A stretch of 62,000 bases of DNA, counting the filler, from Choristocarpus tenellus KU-1152 (lineage: Eukaryota; Protista; Phaeophyceae): NCBI GenBank assembly GCA_964200185.2. It is 9 parts of 9 records of this genome, joined end to end, with 100 filler letters (N's around TTAATTAATTAA, not from the genome) between each part and the next. Parts side by side here need not be neighbours in the genome. Positions count along the whole stretch, not along the records: positions 1 to 17,989 come from CAXNAD020000593.1; 8 more parts are not named here. One strand, written 5' to 3'. Shown here in pieces: positions 1 to 14,600 of the stretch (the stretch's first letter is position 1; the number at the start of each line of letters is the position of its first letter). Below the pieces are notes generated by a model. The model was not told the DNA's origin and did not search any database. It saw nothing but the letters and a program-made list of their open reading frames with translations. Both the position numbers and the translations under genes were made by a program.

Positions 1-400
1 TACTGTTGATTCTGTCGTCGTGTCCGCCCCCCCCCCCCCCCCCCCCCCCCACCCACCCACCCCCAGATACTTCGGGTCTTTATTGACAGCAAAGGTGTGT
101 CTGTTCTGTCTCACCGGTTAGACAGGCTGGTACCCACAAAAAAGCCCTCTCCTCCAGGGCATAAGCTTATCGAGGTTACACCGCCCAGAAGTTCGCAAGA
201 CTTTCCTGCAACCTATCAATTGACATTTTGCATCAGATACATTCAAAAACCAAACTATATTAAGGGGGCAAGAGGGGCAATTATTGGGCCTAGGGCGTAG
301 GCGAAACGCATGGTGAGACACCAGAAGAGACAGGGGGAAAGCTAGGACGGGAGAGATTGGGGTCATTAGTGAGGAATATCGAAACGACTAATGCAGTCAT

Positions 401-692
401 GGCTCAAAGTATCTGGGAAGGGGTGGCAGCTGTCCAATTGGGGCCAGTTTTTTCATGTCGCGATATTTGGATGATTTGGTTCCATACGTTGGATGAATAG
501 TGAAAGTGCACTTTTCCTGGTGTTGATCCAAATGGACACTCTGGTGTAGACCCCCCCCCCCCTCCCCCCCCCCCCNNNNNNNNNNTTGGTTCATCATGTG
601 GGGGGGTAGGGAAAGTGGCCCTTTCCTGTTGTTGGGTCAAAAGGGACGTGTGGGGGGGACCCCCCCCCCCCCCCCCCCAGATACTTTGGGTC
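401..692. mobile_element. MITE family A copy, possibly compound (contains a 10-N gap)
   Basis: Ends GGCTCAAAGTATCTGGG and CCCAGATACTTTGGGTC, flanked by TCAT on both sides. The internal sequence matches the other family A copies. Confidence 0.75.
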
Positions 693-1035
693 TCATGTGC
701 CTCTGATTTCACAGGGTTTGGTGTATTGCGTCAAAGGGTGCATGTGAACGGTGTTGCCCACACGGAAGGGGAAGGGGGAAGAAGAAGAGGGTAGCATGGG
801 GCAGAGGACCAACAAGGCCCTCACAATTGGATCTAGATATACAATCCCAAGGTACCAGGTTGTTTCGGGTCAGAACTCTGGGTATAATTGAAACTGCTAA
901 ATTTATCCTCTGGACGTAAGCTCCTGTTGGTTCTCGTATTCTGTAATGACTATGATAGGTCGCAGGAAGTTTCCTATTATTCCATAGGAGAGGTGCTGCT
1001 CCATGTTATATCCCTTGTTTTTGGTATGGCTATAA

Positions 1036-1036
1036 T

Positions 1037-1073
<37 letters not shown>
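1036..1073. repeat. (ACA)n microsatellite
   Basis: About 12 tandem ACA units, lying in a CFAP52 intron. Confidence 0.9.
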
Positions 1074-1075
<2 letters not shown>

Positions 1076-1206
1076 ACTCCAGAGTACAAGCCTGTGTAGC
1101 ATCATCCTACAGTGTCTGGTGCCTCAGGTCATTTATGCCCCCCTCCCCTCCTCTCCCTTGTCAACATTCAATTCACAAGTTCACATTCCCACCATCCCAC
1201 CATCAC

Positions 1207-4200
1207 CTTTCTGAGTGAGGGATTGATGTAGGACACAGTACCATCACCTCCTCCCACAAGGGTGTTGGTGTTTCCTGTTTTGGGGTTGGTGACGCAACAG
1301 ATTGAGCGGACGCCCTTGCCAAACTTGCCCCTGCTGTAGTTTGTCATTATGGGACGGATAGTATCTGGGTCGTTGAAGGACTACCCCAACAGTCCGTTCC
1401 AGGCGTTGGTGAAGAGGTCACGCAGCAAGGGGTAGGCAAGATGGGGTGAGGCGCTGGTCGAGGCTGAGGAGATAAAAAAAAGTCTTGTCCGAGCCAAAGT
1501 ATCTTAGAGGGTAGGGCCACGTCCATTTGGGGACCAAAATCTAAAGTTCCAATTTGGATGAAATTTGACTATTGTTGGAAGTGTCACTATCTTTGTTCCA
1601 GACACACCTTTTCATAACATACACACTTTACCTACTCCGAAATATTTTTGAGTAGGAAAATGTCACAAAAAAAACATGGGAGGCTAAGCCCCAAATGGAC
1701 AAACAGGGAAAAACTCGTACCCTAACCCTAAGATACTTTCATTCGTCCTTTCTGTTCCTAGCTCTTTTGTGTACGTTTTGCTCCAACTGGTCGCAAAAGT
1801 ATTTTGCTTCTTTTTTTTTATCTCGTCAGTTACACAGGTTCACCTTACCGTAGTACTGAGTTGACAGGCCAGTCTTGACAGGGAATACGTGGCTGGGCAA
1901 CAGTCTTGAGGTGTAATGGAGGGGAATATGCAGATTGGAATCTCTCCTTTTGGTATGATGTGCCCTGGCACTGGTGGCAGCACCCCTTGTGAACCGCTGG
2001 TCCTAAAACTACACGGAGCATCTCTTCTTACCCGGTCTTTTTCCACACAAAAATGCACAAAATCCAGCCCCTGGATCCTTGAAAGAACAACCTCCCCTTC
2101 CTTGCTTGTACAATTCTTAAGGGATACTTCTTAAATAATAAACTTCCACACCTGAATGTCATCACGATCTATCTTGAAGTTGAGCACATCGCCAGTGCGG
2201 GTGCCACAGTAGGCGTTTTTATCGTCATCTGAGATGCTGATGCATTGGATGACTCTTCGCATTGCTCCCATTTGTGCATCCATTGCATGGATCTGCCGTG
2301 CCATCCCCCAGCCCACCCCACAAGCAGCGATTTTCAGACCCCAGACCCATCCATCAGAGTAGGACTTGAAACAATTCACTATCCAAATAGACAAGTATAT
2401 GTATGTATATACATGTATATATATATGTATATATCATTTTAAAGGTGATGCAATGACATTGAATTTCAATATTGCTGGTGTATGCGAACTCGAAAACACT
2501 TTTGAAGAGTTCATCAACATTGGCCAAACACCTCAACCCATAGCAAGACACTAGTAAAACATTTTTAGTAGAGTGCAATTGAAGACTATAGCAATTACAG
2601 CGCCGAATTAATTACTTTTGAAAATTTTCGTTCTGCCTTACGATCTCTTCTTGATTTACAAGCGGTTCAGCAAATAAAATGGTTTGAAATCTGACAACTT
2701 TCAATCTCTTTATCAGATACGTTTGCAACCAAAACAAATTGATTTTTTTTATTACAAAATATTTCAATGGCTTGAAGTATCTGCGAGGGGGGGGGGGGTC
2801 TACAACAGGGTATCCATTTGGCCCATGACCAGGAAGTGTACACTTACATTATCCATCCGACACATGCAACCAAATCACCCCAAAATCGTGACATGGAAAA
2901 ACGGGCCCCAAATGGACTGCCGCCACCCCCCCCCCAGATACTTTGAGCCAATTTTCATTCTAAGCACCATCCCAATTTTACTAGCAACAATTTAATTTTT
3001 CTAAACAAAACAAAATCTTAGAAAAAAAATTCTTTGGTACCCCATATGTGGCATATGAAATCTGTGCTGACATAGGTTTGAAAGGGCATTCACATTGCAC
3101 AGAAGTGTGGGTAGGGGCTGGGTGTGGGGAGTGGGGATGGTACCAAGATAGACAGGTGCACATGGCACAGTTGTGATTGACAAACTCATCAGAATATGTG
3201 AGATACCCTACCACCAAGGAGAGCATAGAACAGAATAGATATACATGGGAAGGCACAACATGCGATAGATGCATCCTTAGGAGATGTTAATGCAGGGTCT
3301 GGACCAACACATCCCCAACTCAAGAAAGATGTGGGAACCCTATGCGAGCCTATGACTTACCAGGTGTAGATGACCTAAGACGTGTGAGATCTAAAAAGTC
3401 CACACAATTCAGTGTTACTGACTGTAGAAACGAGAAAAAGTAGGAAGATTCGAGAAGGATACACTCCTTAAAAATAAGAAGATTCGAGAAGGATACACTC
3501 CATAAAAATAAGAAGATTCGAGAAGGATACACTCCTTGAAAATAAGAAGATTCAAGAAGGCCACACTCCATAAAAATAAAAAGATTTGAGAAGGCTACAC
3601 TCCATAAAAATAAGAAGACTCAATGATATGTGTCATCAAGAAATGGACTTAGTAACACCTCACTCATGCCTCTTCCTTCTTCAGCACAACCCCACCATTT
3701 CCCTGCATCCCTTTCAGTGTTGGCTACCCTTTATTGGGTCTTGCTTCCATAAACTTCACTACCGTAACCCTAACCCTAATTTCTTAAGCGAGTCCCAGAA
3801 TTTCGTGCTCCCATTTTTGTCCTTATTCCAGTACATACCTTCAACCTATCCTGCGCAGGTGTTCTGCCCCCTGCCTTACACCTTCCCCAGTCTTCTCCAA
3901 AGCCCATCCTAGCTCCAAATACACCAAAGCATTGCTCGTATCACCACCAAACCCTCTCAGCCCCTCTACTTTCTGATCGCATCCCACAGCTTCCACATCT
4001 CGCTAGCCCTTGCTGAGAAATGCCCATCTTATATCTTACCTTAGGCAACGAGACATCAACCTGCCAGACACGGAGATGATAGTTCCCTGCAGTGACGAAG
4101 CGGTCATTCCGTTTGTTCAGCCACCGCACAGTAAGTGCTGAGTCCTGAGCAGCCGGAGATCCACAAATCGCACGACCAGTTTCCATATCCCAAACCACAA

Positions 4201-7200
4201 CTGAGTTGTCATCCTGACCACCTAGTGAGGCAAGAAACCTCCCGTCACAGCTGAGAGAGACACATGACAATGAGAATCAATTCATATACGGATTTGAACA
4301 TCTCAGATGTGGACAGAGGTATCAGAGGGGGGATACAATAGGTGTGTCTGTGATCTTACATAATATTGGTCCTATTTGGAAGGCTTTTTTGTAAATAGTT
4401 TCCACATGTTCTTAGCTACAGTCAAACTTGTAAGCTCCAGGATGTGCAGGATAAGTTGATGTTATCCTATTGGATTCTCTGAGTTGCATGGCATGAGCAA
4501 AGCATCTACAAAATCAGATAATTCAGGCAACCGGTGCCAAGGTCTGCAAAGCATGTAGAAGAAATATTTGGCCCGTCAAATTGGAATGCTATGGGGATGG
4601 CGTAAGTGCAGCTATGTAGAACCAACAGTTCGGTTTTTATTGCATCACACCAAAATGAACTTGAGGCAGCTCCATCTTTTCTCCAATAGTTCACTTGTGT
4701 GACAGAAAAAGGCATATCCTGAGGGGCCACTTGCTCTCGCCTCTCTCCCTCACAAGTTAAGTATATTCTTTTTTCATTGATGACAAACTTTGGCACACTT
4801 TTACAGCTCTAATTGTATCGCTTTGAAGCACATTGTAAGCACACCCCACATTAATTCCAGGAACAAATGGTTTTCGTCTCAGTGTCCATAGAAACGCATC
4901 TTGCCCTGGGGTACCAATCCTCTCCTTTTACTTCCCTCAACAGTTAAGATGAAATTGGACAGATGTTTGGAATTCTGTTATTATCGGCACAAAGAAATAC
5001 AGCACGCTATCAGAATACTACCACTCCCCCAGAGAGCACTTGTTAAGGAGGAATGGACCTCTGGCAAAACTCGTCCATGCAGTGGGCAAAACTTCTCGGG
5101 GAACTCAAAAGGGATGTACCCGGTGGAATTGGCAGTCCTCTAGACCGAACTACTCATTAGACTTCCAATTGCACACAGAGCGGTGTTACAGAACCCTAAC
5201 CCTAACCCTGCAAGATACGAGGAGGGCTCAGATTCAATATTGGAAGGCGTCCAACCATCTGCAATATTGCTCAGGTACAAGGTTCAGGGCATTTAGAGGT
5301 AATCATTTGTTCTTGCTATTGTGTCACACACACACGCACACACACAAATATCCTCACACAATGGAACATATTCACAGATGCACCTCTGTTCTTCCTCCAG
5401 GAACAAAAGAGAACTTGTAGAGTGTTTTCATACCCCAAAGCATGTTCAAGCACCCCATTCATTCGTCATCAAGAAGCCAACTGCAATGTCATCACTTTCC
5501 ACGGTTCGTTCAGGAAGATAGTGTGTCTGACAAAGCACATTTTGGGTAGACTCCTCCAGAGTCAAAGTATCTTAGAGGGTAGAGCCGTGTCCGTTTGGGG
5601 GCCAAAATCCAATGTTGCAATTTTGGTGTAATTTTGGCTATTGTATTTGTTAGTAAGTATCAATATCCTTGTTCCGGACACACCTGTTCATAATGTAGAC
5701 ACTTTACCTACGCCAAAACATTTTGGAGTAGGATAATTTCATTTTTTAAAACATGGTAAGCCAAGCCCCAAATGGACAAACAGGGCAAAACTCGTACCCT
5801 CTAAGATACTTTCACTCTCCTAATGATTTTTTAGGGGCATGAATTGAGCCCACGACATGCACTCAGTCCAATTGTAATTGTGTCTTCCTCTCATTTCCTC
5901 TTTAAGTACGGATGGTAGGTGAGTAGCACTCCTTCAATCATATTGGAGGTAAATTTGATGCTTCGAATATGCTCGGGTGTAGTTCAGTTCCAAATTCCAT
6001 CTTCGAAGAGGAACTTGCTTCTATAGCTCTCTTCTTGTATTTTAAGTCCTAGTGGTGTGGAAATAGGTGTGTTCATGCGCACTAGTGCGCCAAACCACAC
6101 CTAAAATCAAGAGCCTGAACCTTCCCAAGGTGCTGCCTCAAGCGGTGGACCATATCCCCCCCCCCATTGGGCTGGTCATTGTTGCAGTTGGTCTTAGCCT
6201 TCAACACATCCCATACACAAACATCGGCTTTTACGCCGGCATGGTTCACCTGTGACAATTATTATGCATACTTTCAGCAACGACAGTCAGTCTTGTTCAT
6301 ATGCCAGCCGGAGGGCGTATGCAAAATATGAAAAAAAAAGTGGATCAAACGTTCAAGTCTGACTGGTGCAGGGATGTGAGAATATGGTACTGGAGCACTT
6401 CCAATGTCTTAATGTAAACATGCTCAAACAAGGTGAGGTTGATTTTTTTTATTAATTTGAGACGGACACAATACAAGCACAAAAAAATATTTTCTGAACA
6501 GTTCAGCCGAAGTCAACTGTCGTTTTTGTGTAAGGTGCATACTGAAAGTTCTTCCACTGTATCAGTAGAAATCATACCTCACAAAAAAACTCGTCACTTC
6601 TCAAGCTTTTGTTGACGTGGTTAGGCAAAATGATAAGTCTGTCACTTGTTCCAGGACAGCCAATGGCTATTTGCATTAGTAAGGGGAACTGAGTGGATAT
6701 TGGATTGAAGATGAGACTGGCCCCTCCTGTCCAAGATGAACATATTAAGGGCTACTGTTGCACTTGCATTCTGAACAGATTATCACATTCCAGATTCTTT
6801 CCAGGCAAGATATCTTGCTGTAAGCTGTACATAGTTGCAACATTGCCGTGTGATTCAGGAAGCAAGGAAGTCGGACTGTGAAAATTGGTAGAGAAGCAGA
6901 GGAGTTTCATATCACTCTTCTAGATCTAGCGGGTTGCAGCTCGTTGGAATCAACCTCTAGCCCTTTAACCCTCTCTTCTGGAAGGATTTGCTATCTGTCA
7001 AAAAAAAAATCTTAATCTGCAAAGGGCCTCCTCGAAAGACTTGAGGTGGATGTGCCGTACCTGACCAGAGGCAAGGCATGATCCATCCGCGCTCATTGCC
7101 ACGCAAGAAATATCAGAACTGTGCCCCATTAGAAAAGCCTGCTTACTACTACCTTTCAGACTCCGTAGCACAAGAACTGATCCCAGGGGACAGACCACAT

Positions 7201-8070
7201 ATCCCCCGCATGGAGTCTGCTTCATGCCTCCCAATACTCCGCCTATGAAAGTTTTGTTCAGGAAACAGGGACCAGTGAGTTAACATGGAGGGTGTAATAC
7301 GATGTATACCAAATTCCTGTTGTGGTTTGTGAACGCTGGTTTGTACCACTGATTGAGAACTTCTTGTCATCAATGAACTTCCAGAACATCTTGACGGTGT
7401 TCAAACTATGACATGCTTCATACAGTCCTGTACCTAATAGTTACATATTACCTTCCTAATTGGGGGGCTTAGGATGTATGGTTGAGGAGTACATAAACAA
7501 TATTCTAGTACATTTCACACAATTTTGAACTCCCTCCAAGGTTGCTGCGTTCCATACAGATATTAAACTTGAAATGGAGAAACCTCTAGCTTCTGGCAGT
7601 GGACGGGTTAAGAGCTAATGAAGTACACGCGCCCACTATCGCCTAACAATTCAAGATGTTTTCACTGTTGCAGTAGGCCCTGTGATAGTTCGAATATCGC
7701 ACCATGTTCAAGTGCACACCACTGATGGGTCGAAGACAGCTTCTCTAGATCAGGGCGGGGAGTGTCATTGGGCTAGGTTCCATTGAACAAGATAAAGGTT
7801 TGCATACACACTCTTTCGTCCTCAAAATTCGCAAATCCAGCAACTCAAAGGATACACCTCGATCACTAGACCGACAGGGGGGGGGGTAGGTGCCGCAACA
7901 CGGACCACCCCCCATGAAGATAAGTCAAGACAGCTCCCTTATTTCGGTTCGAAGGATGCACCTCATTTCCCACCCCGATCTAAGTATACCACGCGACCGT
8001 CGAAATGCCCACCGCTAAATCCTATGCATGACTCAAGCTTGAGATCCACCATGTTGTCCGCGATCGCCAT
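1207..8070 (-). CDS. CFAP52: Cilia- and flagella-associated protein 52 (WDR16), WD40 repeat protein; 5' six exons, gene continues off the left edge
   Basis: Six GT-AG exons in continuous frame: 8070-8013 (MAIADNMVDLKLESCIGFSG), 7242-7061 (YVVCPLGSVLVLR...QAFLMGHSSDISCVAMSADGSCLASGQ), 6249-6101 (VNHAGVKADVCVWD...LRQHLGKVQALDFS), 4250-4040 (CDGRFLASLGGQDDNSVVVWD...AICGSPA...FVTAG), 2292-2152 (MGAMRRVIQCISISDDDKNAYCGTRTGDVL) and 1380-1207. The motifs LASLGGQDD, AICGSPA and YCGTxTGD are recognisable from CFAP52. Confidence 0.9.
1491..1744. mobile_element. MITE family B (~255 bp)
   Basis: TIRs GAGCCAAAGTATCTTAG and CTAAGATACTTTCATTC with a GTCC direct repeat on both flanks. Intronic in CFAP52. 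Confidence 0.85.
2769..2949. mobile_element. MITE family A (~180 bp)
   Basis: GGCTTGAAGTATCTG...CCAGATACTTTGAGCC, flanked by AAT/AAT. Confidence 0.85.
3444..3622. repeat. 34-bp minisatellite, about 5.3 copies
   Basis: Unit GAAGATTCGAGAAGGATACACTCCWTAAAAATAA repeated head-to-tail with no spacers. Intronic. Confidence 0.9.
5559..5817. mobile_element. MITE family B
   Basis: TIRs GAGTCAAAGTATCTTAGAGGGTA and TACCCTCTAAGATACTTTCACTC, with flanks TCCA/TCCT. Confidence 0.9.
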
Positions 8071-8349
8071 GATGAATTGTTGTCAACTTCCCAGTTTTTT
8101 CTGTATGTAGGGCCGTTTCAGGTTTGGGTCGTTATATGCCTAAGAACCTATCTCTGGTCTCACAGACCTAGCTCGACGAAGTGGATCTGTCTCAGAGCTT
8201 CGATCAGTTTTGTGTTGGGGACTTCCCACTATCAGTTCGAAACGTTTTTTTGGTTGAGGTAAGAAATGGAATATGATGTAAAAGTATTATGTTGTATGAA
8301 AATGATTATTATTTAATTATTGGAGAAATAATCGTACCAAAATACATGT

Positions 8350-10520
8350 CTCGTTAAATATTTTCACTCGAGATTATTAGTGGAGGGATCCCCACGACTT
8401 GGATGTCACACACGCCTTCTGTGTCCTTGTGGTTCAGATGTCGATCGAGGAGGTCCCGCCTGAACTTCACTTGTTCGAACCCCATATATATATATATATA
8501 TTGGATGCCGGACCTCGTATCATAGAAATCCGGTTTCAAATATCAAACCTCTACTTAGTTCTTCACCTACCTATACTCTCATATCCATCCGTCACTATAC
8601 CCATGGCGAGCCAAGAATGAGGTAGCAAGGCTCCATTGACAAGGGACGTCGGGGGAGGTTGAGCAGAAGAAGATTCGAGGGAGAAGCTGGAGTGGCGGGT
8701 GGTAGAATGGATGGCTGACCCCAACGTACAATTAGCAAGGCACAATGGGTGGAGGCAGTACAATTTGGCAAAGTCAGCAACAGTTAGCAGGTACTCCAAA
8801 GGAGTTCGTTAGAGTATTAGAGGTAGCACAGTGTTTAAAGCCTCTTGACCAGGTCATGATAGTCCCCAGGCTTGAGGTGAAAAATATACCATCAGTTCAC
8901 CAGCCTGTTTTGGGCCCCAACTGCAGCTTATGTACATGATCACCTAATATTTTCCCTCTTTGGAGATCTTGAACTGTAATTTAGAAGTCGCTCTGTGTCG
9001 ATGTTCTCCAAGAACCCACGTTTCTCGAGGTGCTTGATGGGTGATGCATCCAAGAATGTTGTGCCAATCCAGTAGTGTCAACTTCTGTTGTTTGTTGGCA
9101 TATCCCCTGCTGACCCTGATCTTAGATATCACATCCTTTGGGCCTTTATTGTCCCAATGAGGTTCAAGAATCCCCCCAAATCCTCCAAACTAACCCAGGG
9201 TGAATTCCTTGAAGTCGATAGAAACTTTGCCTTGGACCTGATCAATATTTGACAGGGAAGTCCAGGAACCGGGAATATGTCCAGAAACAGCTTCATGATC
9301 TCATCCCAAACATCATCTGCCTTCACCTTCCACTTAGACAAGCAGCACACCTGGTCCCTATTGCTCCTCCTCTCTTATTGTTCCCCGACTTGACTGGGTC
9401 TTGTTTGTCTTATAGGTGATGGAGGCAGGCCTTGTGCAAGTGTCATCTCTTGTGCCCACTCTCCAGGTGGATTACCAACCAAATATGAGTGGCCCTCCCA
9501 CCAATGATTTTTCTAAGGCAGTTGATGTGAATTGATCACTCTCAGAAACGTTTCGAACTATCCCCCCCAAATGTCCATGTTTCCCGCCTTGACAGTGCCA
9601 TGGATAGCCAAAACCCAATCCTTCCTGTCTTGGTCTGAACGCAGGTAGGCAGTTGAGGAGATGATTGCTCGCTTCACTTTCTCCTAGCCTATGTTAGGGT
9701 GTGCAATTGTGCAAATATGCGTGGCATACCATCCATGATGAAAAGCAGATCATTGGTTCCCCCTCCTTCTGACCCAAAGTATCTGGGGGGGGGGGAGGTC
9801 TACACCAGGGTGTCAATTTGGGGCAAAATCAGGAAAAGTGCATTTACATTATCCATCCAACGTATGCTACCAAATCACCCAAAAATCGTGACATGAATGA
9901 TTGACCCCAATTGTACAGCCGCCATCCCCTCTCAGATACTTTGAGCCTCTTATCAGACTTCCGCTCCTTCAGTTGTTCAAACTCGGGAAGCAATTGCTCT
10001 AGCCTTACAAAAAAATCAGTGCTATCCCAGGACGTTGAACACCACAATCCTCGAAGGTACACCTCCATTGTTATCACTTGTACTGGGACCTAATCCTCTG
10101 TGCGTTCTCCATGGACTTGTTCCAACCATGACCCCCGCTTCCTAGGTCTTGTTTTCAAACCATGCCACAAGTGCCACTTATGCCCCATTGTTGCTTGGAT
10201 CAGCAGATATTGCAACAATGTATCTTGCTTAGCGTGAAATGCATGTGCATAGCATTCCACCACTTCAGATGTACCTGTGGGAAGCTACGGTCTTCGTTAT
10301 CGCCTCGCCATGATATCGTATGGACCCTTTCCAGTGCAGGATACAGATGATTGTCTCCAATGACCATCCCATTACAATTGTCCAAAAAAGGTACTTTCTT
10401 TTGGACCATTGTAATGACCATTCTCCATACTTCAACGACTCATAATCTGTGCAGACGTACTAGACAAACTGGTGTTCGTATCACTAGTGAAGAGTTAATC
10501 AAGATAGAGCTTGGGGGAGC
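8350..10520 (-). mobile_element. Highly decayed Ty1/Copia-like pol relic
   Basis: Minus-strand fragments resemble Copia motifs in Copia order: a GVMVG-type integrase tail near 10130, an LHKA RT-like segment near 9430 and a GIFFTSSLGTIMTWSR RNase H-like segment near 8860. There are many stops and frameshifts, and a MITE interrupts it. Confidence 0.4.
9771..9947. mobile_element. MITE family A
   Basis: GACCCAAAGTATCTGGG...CAGATACTTTGAGCC with a 3-bp TCT duplication. Confidence 0.9.
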
Positions 10521-11630
10521 AAGGAGATGGGACCCCCCTGACTAAGCGTGAAATTCACATGGTCATAGAATGGAAGAGTAACCTAGGGTGCTCTCACTCA
10601 TGTGTATATGTTACTATTTACCTCTCTAATTGTTTCTTGCCACGAACTCCGAATAACACACAAAAATCACCATATCTCACAACACAATTTACCAACATAA
10701 ATTGATCAATGGTACAATTAAAATGTCCCACCAACATGCTGGTCTAAAATATATCATGGCTATCAAAGCAGTACAGTTCTTACTGCAACTACCACTTATC
10801 AATCAGTTCGAGTGTACAATCTCATTAGAAACACCTCTTGGATCAAAGCCAAAATTGACCCATACATACGAACGAGAACACCTTATGTAAGTACAATTAT
10901 TGCACACTTCAAAAACAGGGCTCAAACGGAACAGAACTTCAAGCTGTTATTATTTGCTCATCCTGGACTAGAGAGTGTGCACTCCTATCGCCCTGTTTCC
11001 TCCTTCCCAATGGGCAGCTGCTCTCCTTGGCCATTGAAACTTGGTGCATGTAGAGGTCCAGTTGTTTTCTATCCACATTTCCTTCAACAGCTACTAACAG
11101 TTATTACTTGGAATGAAACAGGGCAACAAATCTCCTTCAGGTCTACAAAAAAAAATAGATATGCACAGCTTACTACTGACCTCACTATGCCTTCATTGAC
11201 TGCCCCAGATGCCCTCACATACCCTCACTCAACACACATACACTGATTATTTGTGATTCATTTACTCTAATATTACTCTCCTGCCCAAACAACACCCCAA
11301 AAAGTATACTAAAAGTCGTGCACTAGCAATCTGTGGGATCTTTTTACAAGCAATAAGAGACACTACACAAAACTCGCACACCTACAATGCACAGATATCT
11401 AGGGGTTCTCAGTAAATTGGAGTGCTAAAAACAAATATTTTCACACCAACAATCCGCAAAGAGCCGGCATAGTATTCCAGAATACTGAAGCCCTGGCCAA
11501 ATGATCCTCTAACCTCACCAAGGACTCATGCTTCTATCTTTTTGGTAAGCACTATGGTTGCTGTCAATGACATTGTGGTTTTCTCAAGGGCAGCATCACA
11601 TGGCCTCATCACTTCTGGACTTCTGAATTC

Positions 11631-14600
11631 TTACACCCAAGCTGATTTTCCGGCCACATTCCCATCACCTTTATCACTCTGAAGTGGAGCTTGTCCAGCA
11701 TTGCTTTGAGAAGATTGATACCCTACCGATGCCACAAAGGTTGGTGGTGGGTGCCCAGCCTCACCTCGAGGAGATTTATGTCCTCCTGAGGCTGTAGAGG
11801 TTGGTGGAGGATGTCCTATAGAAGCTGTTTGTGGTTCTTCATCATGACTTTGAGGAGGTTGATGTCCCGAAGAGGCTGTAGAGGGTGTTGGTGGGATTCC
11901 TGCTTCACGTTGAGGAGGTTGATGTGCTGTAGAGGCTGTAGAGACTGGTGGTGGATGACCTGCCTCACTTTGGAGAGGTTGGTGTCCTCCAGAAGCTGCA
12001 GAGGCTGATGGTGGATGCTTAGCCTCTCCGGGTTCTGTTTGGTCTCCTACAGAGGGAGAGGACGCTTTGCTGTGCTCCTTCACCATCCACTTGCAGTGTT
12101 CTTCAGTGCTAAGACAGTACTCTATCACCTTTGAGCATTGTTACAGAAAACGGAGGGGGTGGGGGGTCAGTGTTGTAGAGTTGGAGGCAGAGAGTACATC
12201 GCGATCAATCTGGGATAACCCATGGAGAGATGCTGCTGAAAGGGGATGCAATCGATGTGGGATGCAGCTGTATTGACTACAATTCGGGGCACAACCAGAC
12301 ATTCTCGTCAGGGGCCAAGAACCTATAGCAATATACCCACTGTTTGGATAGTTCTCACTACAATCCAAACCAACATGAACAGGCCAATACGTTTATTCCA
12401 ATAGAAGAAAAGCCACCACTGAACCAAATTCTGCTGCAAATGCAATTTCATTTTCCTCTGGACTCGTACCAACACACCATAACATAACCCTAGCTTCAAC
12501 ATGAAAAATATGTTGAGGATGACAAGTATTGATGAGCACTACCTTCAGTATAAACACAATCCCACTCGCAAGAGCAAAATAGGAGAAGGGGGGCCTATTA
12601 AATAGGGAGGTTCCCTTACAGACGAAAGTTCACAAGCACTAGGAGTCAAATGCTTAAAATACCAGAGCATAGAAAGCGCTACACCTAAAAGCACAAGGGA
12701 TGCTATTTCAAGGAGAGACCATCACCTTTCTCCCTCTCATGTACCATGACCCTTCGCAGGATGCATAGGTCCCTGTGGCTAGCTATGCTCATTCTTCTAA
12801 GCAACAAAAGAGAGTGATACGAGTTCTTATGTGTTGGTAAACCTGAATCTTAGAGTCGAAGTAGTCCTGACGAACTCGCATGGGAGGCAAGCGGGTGACC
12901 CCAGGGGGCATGTAATAGAAGTCCTTGGGTCGATTGCCAACAACTAAAGTCCATCCCTTTAATTGAAGGGCGGGCCACACCACCTGCACCCATTTGGTAT
13001 CACAAAGGGGAGGGCGGGGGAGGGAGCAATATTTTCTTGTACTTGAGCGGGAGCAATCAGATCAGCAGCAGCATTGGGTTGAAAAACACTGTGGTCTAGA
13101 AAACAACTCTCCATTCCTTTCTTCACCTATTCCACACAGATTCGCATTTTGCATGTTTCATGCTCGTGGAACAAAAAATACATCACCCAAAGCAAAGCAG
13201 ATCAGATACTGCACTTAGGATTGCAGGATCATGTCCAGAGAGAGTAACCCAAGGTCTGCCGAGGGACAAGCAGGTCTCGAGGGGGGCCCATGTAAGAAAT
13301 CGCCAAAGCAGTAGACCACAAGGACACTCTTCTGGGATCACATGACTGGCTCATGTGCGGAGTGATTCAATCTCCGCCTGTCAACTTAAAACCCACTGAA
13401 TTGAAGAATTCAAGCAGGCGACATTGACATTCAGCCTCCATGTAATTAATCCGGAAACACTGAAACTTAGCGGGGGCAAAAATTACCAACCCACCCCCTA
13501 CAAATCCACCTTCAGTGCGAGATGTTGAGGACCTATGGAACTAGGGGTAGAGCTTGGTAAATCTACGGAATAAGAATGAGTTCAGCCCAGAAGCAGCAAC
13601 ATCAGGAATCAGAACACCATCAACACTCAAGCCCCTTTCCTGGTTCCAGGTTAACAGGGCCACTACATAAAGCAAAAAGGCACACAGCACCCAGTTCACC
13701 ACACAGAATAAAAACTTGCCAGCAATCCAACAGAGCACAGGAACACTAAAATATTCCCCTCCTGTCATTGACACTCCCACTGTTGACCCTCACCCTTCCC
13801 CCCTCATCTACCCATCTTCTCCGACACCCCCAGTACGACCCCTTACTCCAACCAGCCATTCCCCTTGACACCACATCATTGTCCACACCCAGCACTCTCA
13901 CATTGCTGAAGTTACGAATATAGAAGGCCAACGGGTTCACCATGCCCTTCTCACGGTGTTCAGTGCACCTGGTGGGACCCTCTCCCACATTAGCAAAGAC
14001 AGTTGGCTTCAGACATGGTTCCCCACCAGCATCAACACCACCGCCGGAAAGTACTGGACAGCGAAACAAACGAACGCCCTTCTTACCACAGGCATGAGTC
14101 TCACACCACTCGATCATCCCACGCCTTATGCCGTAGGTTGCAGCATTTTGACACTCTTCATGCTTACACTTTTGCAGAACATTGTCATCAAGATTGTATC
14201 CCCGGGTGGGGATGGGGGTGGGGAGAGTGAACATGCATGTTGGGAAGGGGAGGGGATTAGGGCGTAAATGGAGGGTGACCTTGCCTCTGCTCGGTGATGA
14301 CAACTTGTAGGATACAGTATCAACTGCTGGTACGTGGGAGGGGGTGGCTAATCTCGTCACCTACGTATATATTGCGATTGATTGACTTGTAGCAATATGA
14401 AGCAACAGTAAATAATCCGGAGCACTCAAATCATCTCTTCACAGGAAAGGAGTGAACACACAACTTGTCTGTATTGTATGATAAGGGGGAAAACACACAG
14501 GAGCGTAATACTTCATGTGGACAGGGACACAGGTTGGGGTGGTACTAATGTCCCACATGTGTTGACCTAGGACACTGAAGAAGCAGCAAGGCCATGGAAA

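Noticed and set aside
404-712. Recurring short ORFs such as TQSIWGGGGG... and ...PPRYFEP
   Set aside because: These are translations of the non-coding MITEs, not a protein family.
3444-3622. 34-bp repeats as a CRISPR array
   Set aside because: The units are directly adjacent with no unique spacers, lie in a eukaryotic intron and have no cas genes nearby. It is a minisatellite.
4500-5520. Short ORFs in a CFAP52 intron
   Set aside because: No recognisable domain and no splice-consistent exon is needed there; exons 3 and 4 join in frame without it.
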